A stretch of DNA of 64,000 nt. It comes from Felis catus. Lineage: Eukaryota. The stretch lies in contig NC_058373.1 in assembly GCF_018350175.1 (NCBI RefSeq), positions 110,424,001 through 110,488,000 of the forward strand, in the 5' to 3' direction. This document shows, one piece after another, positions 25,902 through 38,709 of the stretch. A program made the position numbers and the translations under genes. The notes below the pieces were generated by a model. The model was not told the origin of the DNA, ran no database searches, and saw only the letters and a list, made by a program, of their open reading frames with translations. Numbering within the stretch: the first letter of the stretch is position 1; every line of letters starts with the position of its first letter.

Positions 25902-26063
25902 TTATTCATTATCCTGTCCAGTCTCAGAGTGAGAAGCAACCTTTGATTTGTCAGATGCTTTATAATCTTGTATAATAAGCCTTAGGTGATTGATGATTTC
26001 CTTGTCTGCTGTTCTCATGTTAAATCCCAACATCTTCATAATAGTTTCTCGAAAATCAGTCAG
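25902..26063 (-). CDS. TEX21: Terminal coding exon H, 162 nt: LTDFRETIMKMLGFNMRTADKEIINHLRLII...TGQDNE*
   Basis: Acceptor ttttttgtag|CTG; TAA at 25904-25902; matches the CCDC170 last-exon motif LADFREVVSQMLG..EIIKCL. Confidence 0.92.
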   Translation of the reverse strand: MTDFRETIMKMLGFNMRTADKEIINHLRLIIQDYKASDKSKVASHSETGQDNE

Positions 26064-26415
26064 CTACAAAAAACCACCCAAAACATCAAGTCATACCATT
26101 AGTTTCAGTCACCTACATATTATGTACAATAAAATCGGTATCAGAAATGTAGTCTTATTAAACATTTCTCTATGAAATGTAACATTCTACATTCAAATTG
26201 TATTTTTAAGATAGAAAAATGGTCTCTTTTGGAGTGCCTGGGTGGCTCAGTGGGTTAAGCGTCGGACTTTGGCACAGGTCATGATCTTATGGTTTATGAG
26301 TTCAAGCCCCACATGGGGCTCTCCCACTCTCAGCACGGAGCCCACTTTGGATCCTCTGTCTCCCTCTCTCTCTGCTCCTCTTCTGCTCTCTCTCTCTCAA
26401 AAATAAATAAAAACT

Positions 26416-26650
26416 GGGGCGCCTGGGTGGCGCAGTCGGTTAAGCATCCAACTTCAGCCAGGTCACGATCTCGCGGTCCGTGAGTTCGAGTCCCGCGTCG
26501 GGCTCTGGGCTGATGGCTCAGAGCCTGGAGCCTGTTTCCGATTCTGTGTCTCCCTCTCTCTCTGCCCCTCCCCCGTTCATGCTCTGTCTCTCTCTGTCCC
26601 AAAAATAAATAAATAAAAACGTTGAAAAAAAATTAAAAAAAAAAAAATAA
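26416..26650 (+). mobile_element. Young Felidae Can-SINE, representative of a near-identical subfamily (also 3338+, 7687-, 13554+, 31376-, 41810-, 47794+)
   Basis: tRNA-derived head GGGGCGCCTGGGTGGCGCAGTCGGTTAAG, B-box GAGTTCGAG, (CT)n, AATAAA and A tail. Shared diagnostics CAGGTCACG and GGCTGATGG; TSDs visible in several copies. Confidence 0.95.
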
Positions 26651-28067
26651 AAACATTTAAAAAAGAAAGAAAGAAAGTGGTCTCTTCTATTACAAGAACT
26701 CTTTATTTAAAATGTCCTTTTCAGGGGCGCCTGGGTGGCTCAGTCGGTTGAGCAGCCGACTTTGGCCCAGGTCATGATCTCGTACTCCGTGAGTTTGAGC
26801 CCCGCGTCGGGCTCTGTGCTGACAGCTCAGAGCCTGGAGCCTGTTTCAGATTCTGTGTCTCCCTCTCTCTGACCCTCCCCCGTTCATGCTTTGTCTCTGT
26901 CTCAAAAATAAATAAACGCGAAAAAAAAAAGAAAATGTCCTTTTCATTTTAAGATTTTTCTTTTTATTTTTAAGTCTTTTTCACCCCCAGCACAGAGCCC
27001 AACATGGGCCTTGAACTCATGACTCTGAGATCAAGAGTTGGATGCTTTACCGACTGAGCCACCCAAGCGCTCCTAAGGTTTTATTTTTATACTTTATAGA
27101 CTAAACCTAATTTTATTGCTGCTTTTCATCTCTAAGGTAATTCCTTTTTTGATTTCAGACTTGTTTATGGTAATAGCAGTCCCCAAAATCCATCTGTCTC
27201 CACCCCTCCTCCCTTATAAGGAAAGCAGCTCTAATCACCCATAAATCATGAGCCCAGGCTGAAGGATGCAGCTGGCCTCCAGGGGCGGCCCAGAAATAGG
27301 ACAATGCATAAATGAGGAAATACTGAGAAGTCCAAGACCTAGTGGGTCAGAACCCTGGCAAGTGAGAGGGAAAAGAGAGGGCCTTGGAAACACATTAGCC
27401 GAAATGGGCAGTTGTGAAGGACAAGGTTTCTGAGGGGAGAAAGAGATACTTGGAAGGGTAAGGTGTTCCTTGGAGATTTAAAGATAAAGGAAAAGAGAAA
27501 AGCAAACAGTGGGAAATGAGTGATTTCTATAAACGAGATGTACTGCAAAATCAGACATCACATAAACCCCCCCACACCTCAACGTAAAAGACTTGAGGTG
27601 GTAAACTTTAGAAACTGCACTTACTGTACCAACACAAGAGGGTAGTATTGAGTTAAGAAACTAAGTAAGTAAAACCTGCCCTGTAACTACGTAAAGTAGA
27701 AACACCTAAAACTGAGAGGGCAGGACAATTAAAAGGATCTTAAAGTGAATAGATAAATGGCAAATAATATCCATCCAAATTTCTTTTTGTATTGAAAAGT
27801 TTTTAACGTTTATTTATTTTTGAGAGACAGAGTGCCAGTGGGGTAGGGACAGAGAGAGAGGGAAACACAGAATCTGAAGCAGGCTCCAGGCTCCAAGCTG
27901 TCAGCACAGAGCCCGATGCGGGGCTCAAACCCACGAATCCGTGAGATCATGGCCTGAGCCCAAGTCGGACGCTTAACCGACTGAGCCACCCAGGTGCCCC
28001 CATCCAAATTTCCTTAAGAAGAAAATAGCCTCCTCCAAACTAGTCAGGTGAATGAAAATCTGCCCTG

Positions 28068-28068
<1 letters not shown>

Positions 28069-28107
<39 letters not shown>
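28069..28107. repeat. Poly-C homopolymer (39 nt)
   Basis: Directly visible. Confidence 0.95.
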
Positions 28108-28108
<1 letters not shown>

Positions 28109-29111
28109 CTTCAAAGAACTCCCATGAAGCAAAAGAAACATGTTTGACACAATACCCGGTATGGATTAAATATCAAACAAGGATTTGCAGACATGGGGGG
28201 GGGGACCTTTGTTTTGAATCAGAAATACAGTATTCAGAATACAAATAGACAAAAAAAGATATCCAAGATGTCTCATGGATAAGATGTGAGGTCAGGTTGA
28301 AGTCAGGCAAGAACATGACAAAGTCATCTCAGAGATAAGGAGTAAGCTACAGAGTACCCAAAGTAGAAGAGATCTGACTGAAAATATAATAAGGAACATC
28401 GAGAAGAATAAAAACAAGAATATACATAAGCAGAAGTTTAAAAAGAGAAAAAGCCAAATCATATCATGATTTTGTGTTTTAAGAATTTCTTAAGGTAATC
28501 TCTAAAGTTACATATTTTGTAAGAACTAATAATGGACAGGCGGCATATAATCTCACAATAGCCCAAAATTACCAGTTAGCCTTTAAAAAATTCTCCGAAA
28601 ACATGTGCTCTGTAAATGCAGTGGAAATCTAAGCAAATTTAGAAGCACCACCCTCTTTTCCTAAAAGTGACTCAGCCCCAGACACGTGGGTTCCCCTGAA
28701 CTCCCAATCTCTCACATCGTTTTCCTCCTCGTCACCGGTTAATCGGAGGATGTGTATGCAAACCTAATGTAAAATAATCCTATATCCCCTCCTTTGCCAC
28801 GGAGGATTTACCGGGAATAGGCATTTGATCTAAGCTGGGCTTATAAGACACTTTCTTGGGATTCTCTCTCCTGTCACAGAATCTCTAAATATCAAGCAAG
28901 GTGACATACATGGCGAAGCCAAGCAGAGATGGTGAAAAGAGCCGTATGAGGCTCCAGGCGCTGATCCTGGGGCCCTCTCAGAGGTCTGGCTGTTTAACTC
29001 ACCTTTGATTCCATAAGCCAACAACGTCCTTTTTGTCTGGCCTAGAGTCTAAGTTGAGATGGGTGTTGATCACTTCGACTTAAAGAATCTTACTAAAGTA
29101 ATAAAACAAAC

Positions 29112-29327
29112 CTCTTGTTGTCCTGATACTTTATCAAGCGTGCTCTTTGCTGTGTAGCGCTCAGGACTGATGGCATCTAACATCTGATGGACTTTCTCTT
29201 TGTCTCCTCTTTCCTCTGTCTTGGCAGAGTCTGATGTAGTTTTCAAGTTGTCTGTTTTCATAACTGTCTTCCCTTGCGTTAGTTCAGCTTTTGTTAAAGA
29301 TTGCCTGAGCTTTTCAATTGTTTTGTC
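29112..29327 (-). CDS. TEX21: Coding exon G, 216 nt, phase 0-0: DKTIEKLRQSLTKAE...TLDKVSGQQE
   Basis: Acceptor ccctcacag|GAC, donor GAG|gtttgt; similar to CCDC170 TKAIEDLNKSRDQLEKM. Confidence 0.87.
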
Positions 29328-30615
29328 CTGTGAGGGTATAAGGTTGGGGGAAGGGAGGTGGCTGTGATTAGATCTTTTCCAAATAATAGACAAGATGCAT
29401 GGTATAACCCATGCTTCTTTTCCTTCTTCTTCTTGTTTTGTTTTGGGTGTTTTTTTTGACCTGATATACGGAAAAGAAAGAAAATTCCATAATTTATGAA
29501 TTAAGAGAACATTTCTTAGCCATCAAACTCATCAATAACCAACAGTCCTGAGCACCTGTATCAATTAGACACTTGGGATTTAAAGACGTTTAACGAGTAT
29601 TCCATGCCTTCAAAAGTCTTACAGCCTCTGCTAGCCAAATTCAGAAATACAGACAATAACTGGCTTTGCAGTAAGATAAATATTGTGATAGAATGGGAAA
29701 AAAAACACATTGATCCATAAGTATTTAGTGCACCTTTGGTTTAAGGAATCAAATGTATGCTTGAAATAGTACAGCGAAGCTTGGTATGGAGAAGATCCAA
29801 AGAGGAGCCCCCCAAATGAGTAAAACTTTTAACTACTACCCCAATAAGAAAGTCCAAAATAAAACTTAAAAAGCAAGGGTTCTGGGGCACCTGGGTGGCT
29901 CAGTCAGTTAAGCGGCCGACTTCGGCTCAGGTCATGATCTCTCGGTCCGTGAGTTCGAGCCCCGCGTCGGGCTCTGTGCTGACAGCTCAGAGCCTGGAGC
30001 CTGCTTCAGATTCTGTGTCTCCCTCTCTCCGGCCCTCCCCTGTTCATGATGTGTCTCTCCCTTTCTCAAAAATAAATAAACGTTAAAAAAAAATAAAAAA
30101 ATAAAAAAATAAAAAAAAAGCAAGGGTTCTAGAATCCCAACATTTAGAATACCAGTTACCTTTGAGAAGTAGGGAAGAGAATACATGATGGCTTCAGTGG
30201 AGTTGATAATGCTTTTGTTCTTTAACTTTTTTTTAATGTTTATTCATTTTTGAAAGACAGAGAGAGAGAGAGCACCAGCAGGGGTGGGCAGAGAGAGGGA
30301 GACACAAAATCTGAAACAGGCTCCAGGCTCTGAGCTGTCAGCACAGAGCCTGATGCAGGGCTCGAACTCACGAACCGCGAGATCATGACCTGAGCCGAAG
30401 TTGGATGCTCAACCGACTGAGCCACCCAGGCTCCCCGATAATGCTCTCGTTCTTAAGATAAATGGTAGATTTGCATGCATCTAATTTTATTATCCAATAT
30501 ATATTCTTATGTGTGTATATAAGGATGCTTTTTAACTCAATGAGAAACATGCAGCTAAAATAGTAACAAGACCAAAGCTTAAGTGAATCTTTGAAAGCTC
30601 ACTTCCTTTACTTAC

Positions 30616-30843
30616 CTTAAGGACGTTTACTCTTGTCAGTTGAGTTTTCATACTTTTATTTGACAATTTCAAATCACTCAGCTGTTTCTGAAGTTTCTGA
30701 ATTTTCTCCTCTAATCTTTGAGTCGCAGCATTCTGCAAATTCTGCTGAATATTCAATAGTGTTTGTTGCTCATTGTCTTTCTCTAGCTGTTTGGATATCT
30801 TGCCATGTTCTGCTATCCATGAATTCTTAATCCCAGAGTTTTC
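30616..30843 (-). CDS. TEX21: Coding exon F, 228 nt, phase 0-0: ENSGIKNSW...RLEEKIQKLQKQLSDLKLSNKSMKTQLTRVNVLK
   Basis: Acceptor tgatttctgcaaag|GAA (AAG type, so the 5' edge is less certain); strong donor AAG|gtaagt; similar to CCDC170 NLQKKVERLQKEL...LKAKLADTNELK. Confidence 0.85.
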
Positions 30844-32154
30844 CTTTGCAGAAATCAACAGTATTGAAATAAAGAAGTTGTGCTTTAAGGTGGTGTTCCA
30901 CACTAGCATACCACATCTACTCTAGTCTAATAAACTGCAGACAGTAATACTTATATAAGTAAATTTTTTTCACCATAAATATGCATTATTAAAATAATCT
31001 GGAAAATAAAGTATGACAATATAAGGGGTGGCTCAGTGCTAACAAGGGCACAGGTAAGTAGACAATTTCATAAACATCGGATGGTAACAGAGGAGATCAG
31101 CTTTTCAAGGAATGTATTATAAGGAAATATTTAGTAAAGATTCTTACGCAAATATATTCTTTACATTATTTAGAACACAAAAAAGTAGTAACAGTGCAAA
31201 TGCCAAAAACTTACATATTATTGATTATACATTCCCTGGAAGTCAAGCTTCAAAAATATTTACTAAAAGAAAATATTAATGCTACAACTAAATGAAGGAA
31301 GGAGGATTAAGAAAAACTCTGCCTACCAATTATGTTAACATAGGTATAGAAAAATATTCTTTTTAAGTATTTGTTTATTTTTTTTTAATTTTTTTTCAAC
31401 GTTTTTTATTTATTTTTGGGACAGAGAGAGACAGAGCATGAACGGGGGAGGGGCAGAGAGAGAGGGAGACACAGAATCGGAAGCAGGCTCCAGGCTCCGA
31501 GCCATCAGCCCAGAGCCCGACGCGGGGCTCGAACTCACGGACCGCGAGATCGTGACCTGGCTGAAGTCGGACGCTTAACCGACTGCGCCACCCAGGCGCC
31601 CCATTTATTTGTTTATTTTGAGAGAGACAGACAGAGCATGAGTGGGGAAGGGGCAGCGAGCAAGAGAGAGAGAGAGAATCCCAGGTAGGCTCCATGCTGT
31701 CAGCTCAGAACCAGACCTGGGGCTCGATCTCATGAATTGCAAGATCATGACCTGAGCCGAAATCAAGAACCAGATGCTTAACGACTGAACCACTCAGGTG
31801 CCTCTCTATGGAAAAATATTAGAATTATACCTATATTTTAACACTGCTTATCTTACAGTGCTAGGATTACTGTGATTTTAATTATATTCTTTCTAATAAT
31901 CTATACTTTATAAAATTAGTACCAGAAAAAAAGAGAGGATAAAAATTGAATAAAAATACCATATATTTTCACTATATATAAATCAAAAGATAATAACGTT
32001 TGTATTAAAAAAAAAACCCAACTGTTCTTTGGAAGAATAAAATAGATGCCCCAAGCAAGCCTGGTTAAAGAGAAAAGAGAGAAAGTAAAAAATACATAAT
32101 ATTAGGAAGGAAAAACATACAGAATGCATAGACACAGAAAATATGAAAATAATT

Positions 32155-32190
32155 CTACACTTGATCTTAGCCAAAAGGCCGAGAGGCGAT
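32155..32190 (-). pseudogene. RNU2: 3'-truncated U2 snRNA retropseudogene (nt 1-36)
   Basis: Minus strand reads ATCGCCTCTCGGCCTTTTGGCTAAGATCAAGTGTAG (one mismatch to the U2 5' end). Direct repeat ATATGAAAATAATTCTA at 32141-32157 and 32192-32208. Confidence 0.95.
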
Positions 32191-32508
32191 TATATGAAAA
32201 TAATTCTAAAAGAATATTTTATAATTCAGTGGCAAAAAGTTGAAAATCTAAAAGAAATACATTATTTTCTAGAAAACAATAATATGCAATCATGACCAGA
32301 AAACAAAAAACCCTAGTAAAGGGGCACCTGGGTGGCTCAGTCAGTTAAGTATCCGACTCTTGGTTTCAGCTCAGGTCATGATCTCATGGTTCATGGGTTT
32401 GAGCCCTGTGTCAGTCTCCACGTTGACAGTGCAGAGCCTGCTTGGAATTCTCTCTCTCCCTCTCTGTGCCCCTGCCCCTCAAAATAAATAAGTAAGTAAG
32501 TAAATAAG

Positions 32509-32547
<39 letters not shown>

Positions 32548-33940
32548 AATGAATTATACTTGGAAAATTTGGCATACTTTTTCAGAATCAAGGAAAAAAA
32601 ATTAAAGATACTGACAATTTGAACCATATGAATTATATGAGCATTAACTATCTATGGAACTTTATGCCCAACAAACAGAGAACACATTCTTTACAAGCAC
32701 ACGTGGAACAGTTACCAAAATCAATCCAGTATTAAGCCATGTAAGAAGTCTCAATAAATTCTCAAGGATCATGTACTTCCAGCATGTTGTAATAAAAGAC
32801 AAAAATCTTAAATCCCATGCATCTGGAAACCTAAAAATGTATTACTATGTTTAAAATGAAAAATAAGGAAAGCAGTCCATGTCAATACTTGTGGCACAAA
32901 GCTAAAGTACCTCTTGACAGAAAAATTATAGTTTAAGCACGTTTATCAGGATATTTGAAAGGTTAAACATAAAGCAGGTGCTCTTATTCCTTCTCTTCTT
33001 ATTCTTCCTTTCCTTTCTTTTCCTCTCTGGACAATACAGTCCTCGTGCTGGTAGATGGGCAAGACAAGGTAGGCACCAGAATGAGAAGAGAAAAGCTGTG
33101 ACCCAAGCGGGCTGACAGAAGTGGACACAGAGATGGGCTGTCCTGCAGAGGGGCTCAGAGCCTGAGCAGGGCGAAAGGAGAGCCCGGGTGGAGAGGTGAC
33201 CTGCCGTGGAGGGTAACAGCCTGAGCAGGGTGAGGAAGGCATGCACACGGTTTTGGAAATTAACAAGAAGAGACAGGAACCCAAATCGGCAAATGGGTGA
33301 AGGAAACATCCAGGCCAAGACTAAAAAGCCAAAAGACTAAAAAAGATAAAAGAAATGCTCCAACTCACTAATTAGAGAAATGCAAATTAAATTAACAACA
33401 CTTTATACCCCCCAAGATAGGAAAATTTAGGAAGCTGGTTAATGCCAAGAAATGACAAGAATGTGGAGATTCAAGAGCCCTCGTGTATCTCTGGTGGGAC
33501 TATTGTTCTGTGAAAGCCGACTGGCAGTACTTAATCAAATTAAATGTCCACCTACCCAATGAACCACCAATTCCAATCTTGAGCAAACACCCCTAAGAAA
33601 CTCTCTCACAGGTCCTTAAGGCGACTTGTACAAGGATGTTGGTAGCAGTATTTGTGGTGGCAGAAAGACAGAGGTAACTGGGGTACTTGTCACTGAGGAG
33701 TGGACAGGCAAATCATGGCCCATGTGCACACTGTAGAATTCCACGCAGTAGACACAAGCAATGAACTAGATGAGAAAATAGCAATACTATGTGGATCTTA
33801 AAAATATAAAGCTGAGGGCACCTGGGTAGCTCAGTCATTTAAGCATCCAACTCTTGACTTCGGCTCAGGTCATGATCTCATGGTTTGTGAGATCAAGCCC
33901 CGAGTCACCCTCTGTATTGAAAGCACAGAGCCTGTTTGGG

Positions 33941-33993
<53 letters not shown>

Positions 33994-34094
33994 ATAAATA
34001 TTTAAAATATATATATAATGCTGAGCAATAGAATGAGATTTCACCACAGTACTATTTATGCAAATTAAAATACATATATAAAAGTATAATTTAA

Positions 34095-34680
34095 TGGGAA
34101 TGCAAGCTGGTGTAGCCACTCTGGAAAACAGTATGAAGGTTCCTCAAAAAACTAAAAATAGAACTATCCTATGATCCAGCAACTGCACTACTAGGTATTT
34201 ATCCAAGGGATACAGGTGTGCTATATATATTGGAGTATTGGAGTATACAGGTGTGCTATATATATATATATAGGAGTATTACTCAGCAATCAAAAAGAAT
34301 GAAATCTTGCCATTTGCAACTACGTGGATGGAACTGGAGGGTATTATGGTAAGTGAAATTAGTCAGTCAGAGAAAGACAAGTATCATACGACTTCACTTA
34401 TATGAGGACTTTAAGAGACAAAACAGATGAACATAAGGGAAGGGAAACAAAAATAATACAAAAACAGGGAGGTGGGACAAAGCATAAGAGACTCATAAAT
34501 ATGGAGAACAAACAGAGGGTTACTGGAGGAGGTGTGGGAGGGGGGATGGGATAAATGGGTAAGGGGCACTAAGGAATCCAGTCCTGAAATCATTGTTGCA
34601 CTGTATACTAACTAATTTGGATATAAATTTTAAAAAATAAAATTAAATAAGTAAGTAAATAAATAAATAAATAACAAAAT
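34095..34680 (+). mobile_element. Feline L1 3'-end fragment with internal deletion
   Basis: gggaatgcaagctggtgtagccactctggaaaac, catttgcaactacgtggatggaactggagg, A-rich tail. Confidence 0.85.
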
Positions 34681-37324
34681 AAAAGCTTATTTAAAAGAAC
34701 ATATACAAATGACCCTTGAACAACGTGGGTTTGAACTGTGTGAGTCTACTTACATGCAAATTTTTTATCAACATGGTACAGTACTCTCTCATGGTACAAT
34801 GTATTCTCTCTTATGACTTTTTTTTAACATTTTCTTTTCTCTAGCTTACTTTATCATAAGAATACCATATACATAAATATGGCATACAAAATATGTGTTA
34901 ATTGACTCTTTATGTAATCAGCAAAGCTTCTGGTCAACAGTAGGCTATTAGTAGTTAAGTTCTGAGGTAGTCAAAAATTATACATGGGACCTTTCAACTA
35001 CATGGGGAAGGTGTCAGCACCCCTAACCCCCACATAGTATAGACAAAAAGATACACATTAAACACATTAGATTGATCTCTTTTGGAAGAGGGAATGGGAA
35101 AATAGACTTAAAAGGAGTAAATAAATAAGAGAAAGCTCTTCCATGGCCCAAGATAGTGTGTTATGAACCATAGAGTTTGATTAACTCAACCTTCTGCATA
35201 TGAGGTCCAAATTGTGAGGAGTAGGGAAGCAAAGGAATACAAGAAGCCAACAAACAAACAAACAAAAAACAAGGTGCTCAGCCTTACTAGTAATCAGGTA
35301 AATGTTATAACTATACTATTTTAACCCAACTCTCTCTCTCTCAAAGAATGACATCATCCAATGCTGGTTAGGCTGTGAAGAAGCAGCAGGCACTCAGGCA
35401 TTTCTATTTGGAAAGTGAAACTCTTGCTTTTTGGAAGGTAGTATTTTGGCAGTGGCTATTAAAATTTAAAATACTAAAAAAAAAAAAAAAAAAGGGGCGC
35501 CTGGGTGGCTCAGTCGGTTAAGTGGCCGACTTCGGCTCAGGTCACGATCTCGCGGTCCGTGAGTTCGAGCCCCGCGTCGGGCTCTGTGCTGATGGCTCAG
35601 AGCCTGGAGCCTGTTTCAGATTCTGTGTCTCCCTCTCTCTGACCCTCCCCTATTCATGCTTTGTCTCTCTCTGTCTCAAAAATAAATAAACGTTAAAAAA
35701 ATTTTTTTTTTTTAAATTTAAAATACTCATACACTGTGATCCTATAATTTCATATCTAGAACTCAATCGCCTAGGGGGAGAAAGCACCAATGTGGAAAGA
35801 CATATGTATAAATATATTTATTGCTACATTATTTGTAATGGCATAAAAGGTGGAAATAATTTAGTAGTCCATCAGTAGGGAACTAATCAAATAAATAAGT
35901 TATATATACTCGGTGGAATACTATGTAGCTATTAAAGGAATGAGTTAAATCCATTCTTTTAACCTAAGGAAAAACCATGAGGTACTTACTTTTTACTGTG
36001 TAAGAACAGTATTTCACTAGCATAGTCCCAGTTTTTTTTTTTCCAGTTTATTTATTTTGAAAGAGAGAGAGGGTGCAAGCAGGGGAAGGACAGAGAGAGG
36101 GAGAGAGAGAATCCCACGTATTGTCAGCACAGAGCCCGACGCAGGGCTTGAGATGGTGACCTGAGTTGAAACCAAGAATCGGATGCTTAACCTACTGAGC
36201 CACCCAGGTGCCCCCACACAGTCCCAGTTTGATAAAAAGTACCTACATACATGTACTTGACTATTTCCATAACCATGGCAATAGTTGTAGAAGATATATA
36301 TACTGCTGTTTACTGGGGTAAAATAGGCAGAAAGAAGGCTGGGGGAAATTATTATTGTTTTCTTAAAAACTTTTCACTTGGTTTCAAGAGTTACAGAAAG
36401 CATGTGTTAATTGAATATTCTTAAAATTTAATATAGCATTTTACGGGTGCCTGGGTGGCTCAGTCAGTTGAACATCTGACTCCTGATTTTGGCTCAGATC
36501 ATGATCTCACAGTTTGTGTCGGGACACTGACAGTTCGTGTCCTGACATTCTGGGGAACACGGTGCCTGAGGCTCCACCTGTACAGTCATTCCCTTGAGCT
36601 CCTTTCCTTCGAATCGGCTTTTTAAAGCACATTAAGAACTACATTAACAAATGCCCTCATAATAAATACCAAATGTGTGCATCTTAGAGAAATGAGAGAT
36701 ATGGAAAGAGGAGAGGATTTTTTTTTTAATTTTTTTTTAATGTTTATTTATTTTTGAGACAGAGAGAGACAGAGCATGAACGGGGGAGGGTCAGAGAGAG
36801 GGAGACACAGAATCTGAAACAGGCTCCAGGCTCCGAGCTGTCAGCACAGAGCCCGACGCGGGGCTCGAACTCACAGACCGCGAGATCATGACCTGAGCCG
36901 AAGTCGGCCGCCCAACAGACTGAGCCACCCAGGCGCCCCTGGAGAGGATTTTTTTTTAATGTTTATTTATTTTTGAGAGAGAGAGAGAGAGAGGGCGCAA
37001 GCAAGAGAGGGCCAGAGAGAGAGAGGGAGGCACAGAATCTGAAGCAGGCTCCAGGCTCTGAGCTGTCAGTCAGCACAGAGCCCGACACGAGGCTGGATCC
37101 CACGAACCACGAGACCATGACCTGAACTGAAGTCAGATGCCCAATCCATTAAGCTGCCCAGGCTTTCCAAGGAGAGGATTTTTGATAAAAACAGAAGGTT
37201 TAAAAGTTTGTAGCAAATTTTCCTTCCTTTTCTAATATTATCAACAGCTTTAAACGTTAGATGATACCATAAAATACGATCATTTTCATTGTCAAAGAAA
37301 TGCTTTATATATAGAAATTCTTAC

Positions 37325-37525
37325 TTTTTTCCTGTTCAATTCTAATCTCTCTTGAAAAAAGTCATTAATAGCAGTGTTTCCTTCCATACGTTTCAAGGGT
37401 CTTTTTTGTTCCCTCTGCCTTTCTTCCATTTGGGAGAATTCTCCAACGGCTTCTTCAGAGTGGCCACATAGCTGCTCCAGCCGTTTGGTGAGCATCTGGA
37501 TTTCCTGCTGCAGACCTGCTGTCCT
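37325..37525 (-). CDS. TEX21: Coding exon E, 201 nt, phase 0-0: RTAGLQQEIQMLTKRLEQL...FFQERLELNRKK
   Basis: Acceptor cttttctccccacag|AGG, donor AAA|gtaaga; lies within ORF 37292..37549. Confidence 0.9.
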
Positions 37526-38709
37526 CTGTGGGGAGAAAAGGACAGACAAAGCTCCTGATGGTCTGTGACCTCTGTTTCAATTAAAAACTATGTGTGAGGT
37601 CTACTGACACTGACATTGTGCTGACATTACATTACTAAATAGGTGAATGGGGAAGACTTCTAAGATTTGACATGTAGAAGCTGGTTTTAGGAAAAGAAAT
37701 TGAAAGGTGTGATATACAAAATCAGACATCTTAGTTAGCATTGAGAAATAAAATTGTGTAATGAATTTTAAGCAAAAAGTAAAAGAAAAAATTGGAACTC
37801 TCCAACAAACAGACTGAGCAGATTTTATTGACACACTGAATTTAAGCAGTATCTAACTTTGAATTTTAGGGCGAAGAGGCATGAAATTTTACTAAAATCA
37901 TGTGGACATGACAAGGAGATATATAGCCACTTAAACTTGCCGGTTCAATCTTTTGATAGATTCGGCCAGTATATTCAAACAAATGACTGACTTGACAATG
38001 TATTTTACCCCATTGACTGAACTGACCAGTATTTAGTCATGATGGACACATATATATCTTCACCATACCACTATTTTTTTTTAATTTTTATTTATTTTTG
38101 AGAGAGAGAGAGCAGGTGAGGCACAGAGAAAGAGGGAGACACAAAATCCGAAGCAGGCTCCAGGCTCCGAGCTGTCAGCACAGAGCCTGACACAGGGCTT
38201 GAACCCACGAACCACGAGATCATGACCTGAGAGGAAGTGGGACGTTTGACCGACTGAGCCACCCAGGCACCCCACCATACCACTATCTTTAAGCTAGCAT
38301 TCGTTGACCTTCCACTGAACTGTAGTAAGCATTTATCATGTATTAATCCATTTAATCCTTACCACTCTGTGAGACAGGAACTGTGCCCTCCCAGCCCCCA
38401 CCCCACCCCCCTCCACCAAATTTTACAAATGAAACCGAGGTACAGAGAGGATAAGGAACCGGCCCAAGAGCACACAGCTGGCAATGGCTGAGCTGGGACT
38501 CATACTGAGGCCCTCTACTTTTCACAAATACACTATACTACCTCTGCTGTAATAATGGACATCCTCTTCCCTTTTATATTGTAGTAATAAAAATGAAATC
38601 AAAATTAAAATTCAGAGCCACAGAATTTACTAAATCGGCTGATATAAAAAAATCCACATGTTAAAAGAAACAAATCTGAAAGGGTGGCTTGTCTGTCAAT
38701 ACACTTAAC

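Larger units (their letters stand above)
22408..28000. repeat. Nested/tandem Can-SINE clusters (22408, 23391-24032, 24792-25440, 26231-27072, 27805)
   Basis: SINE heads and tails interrupted by other SINEs with duplicated flanks. Confidence 0.9.
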
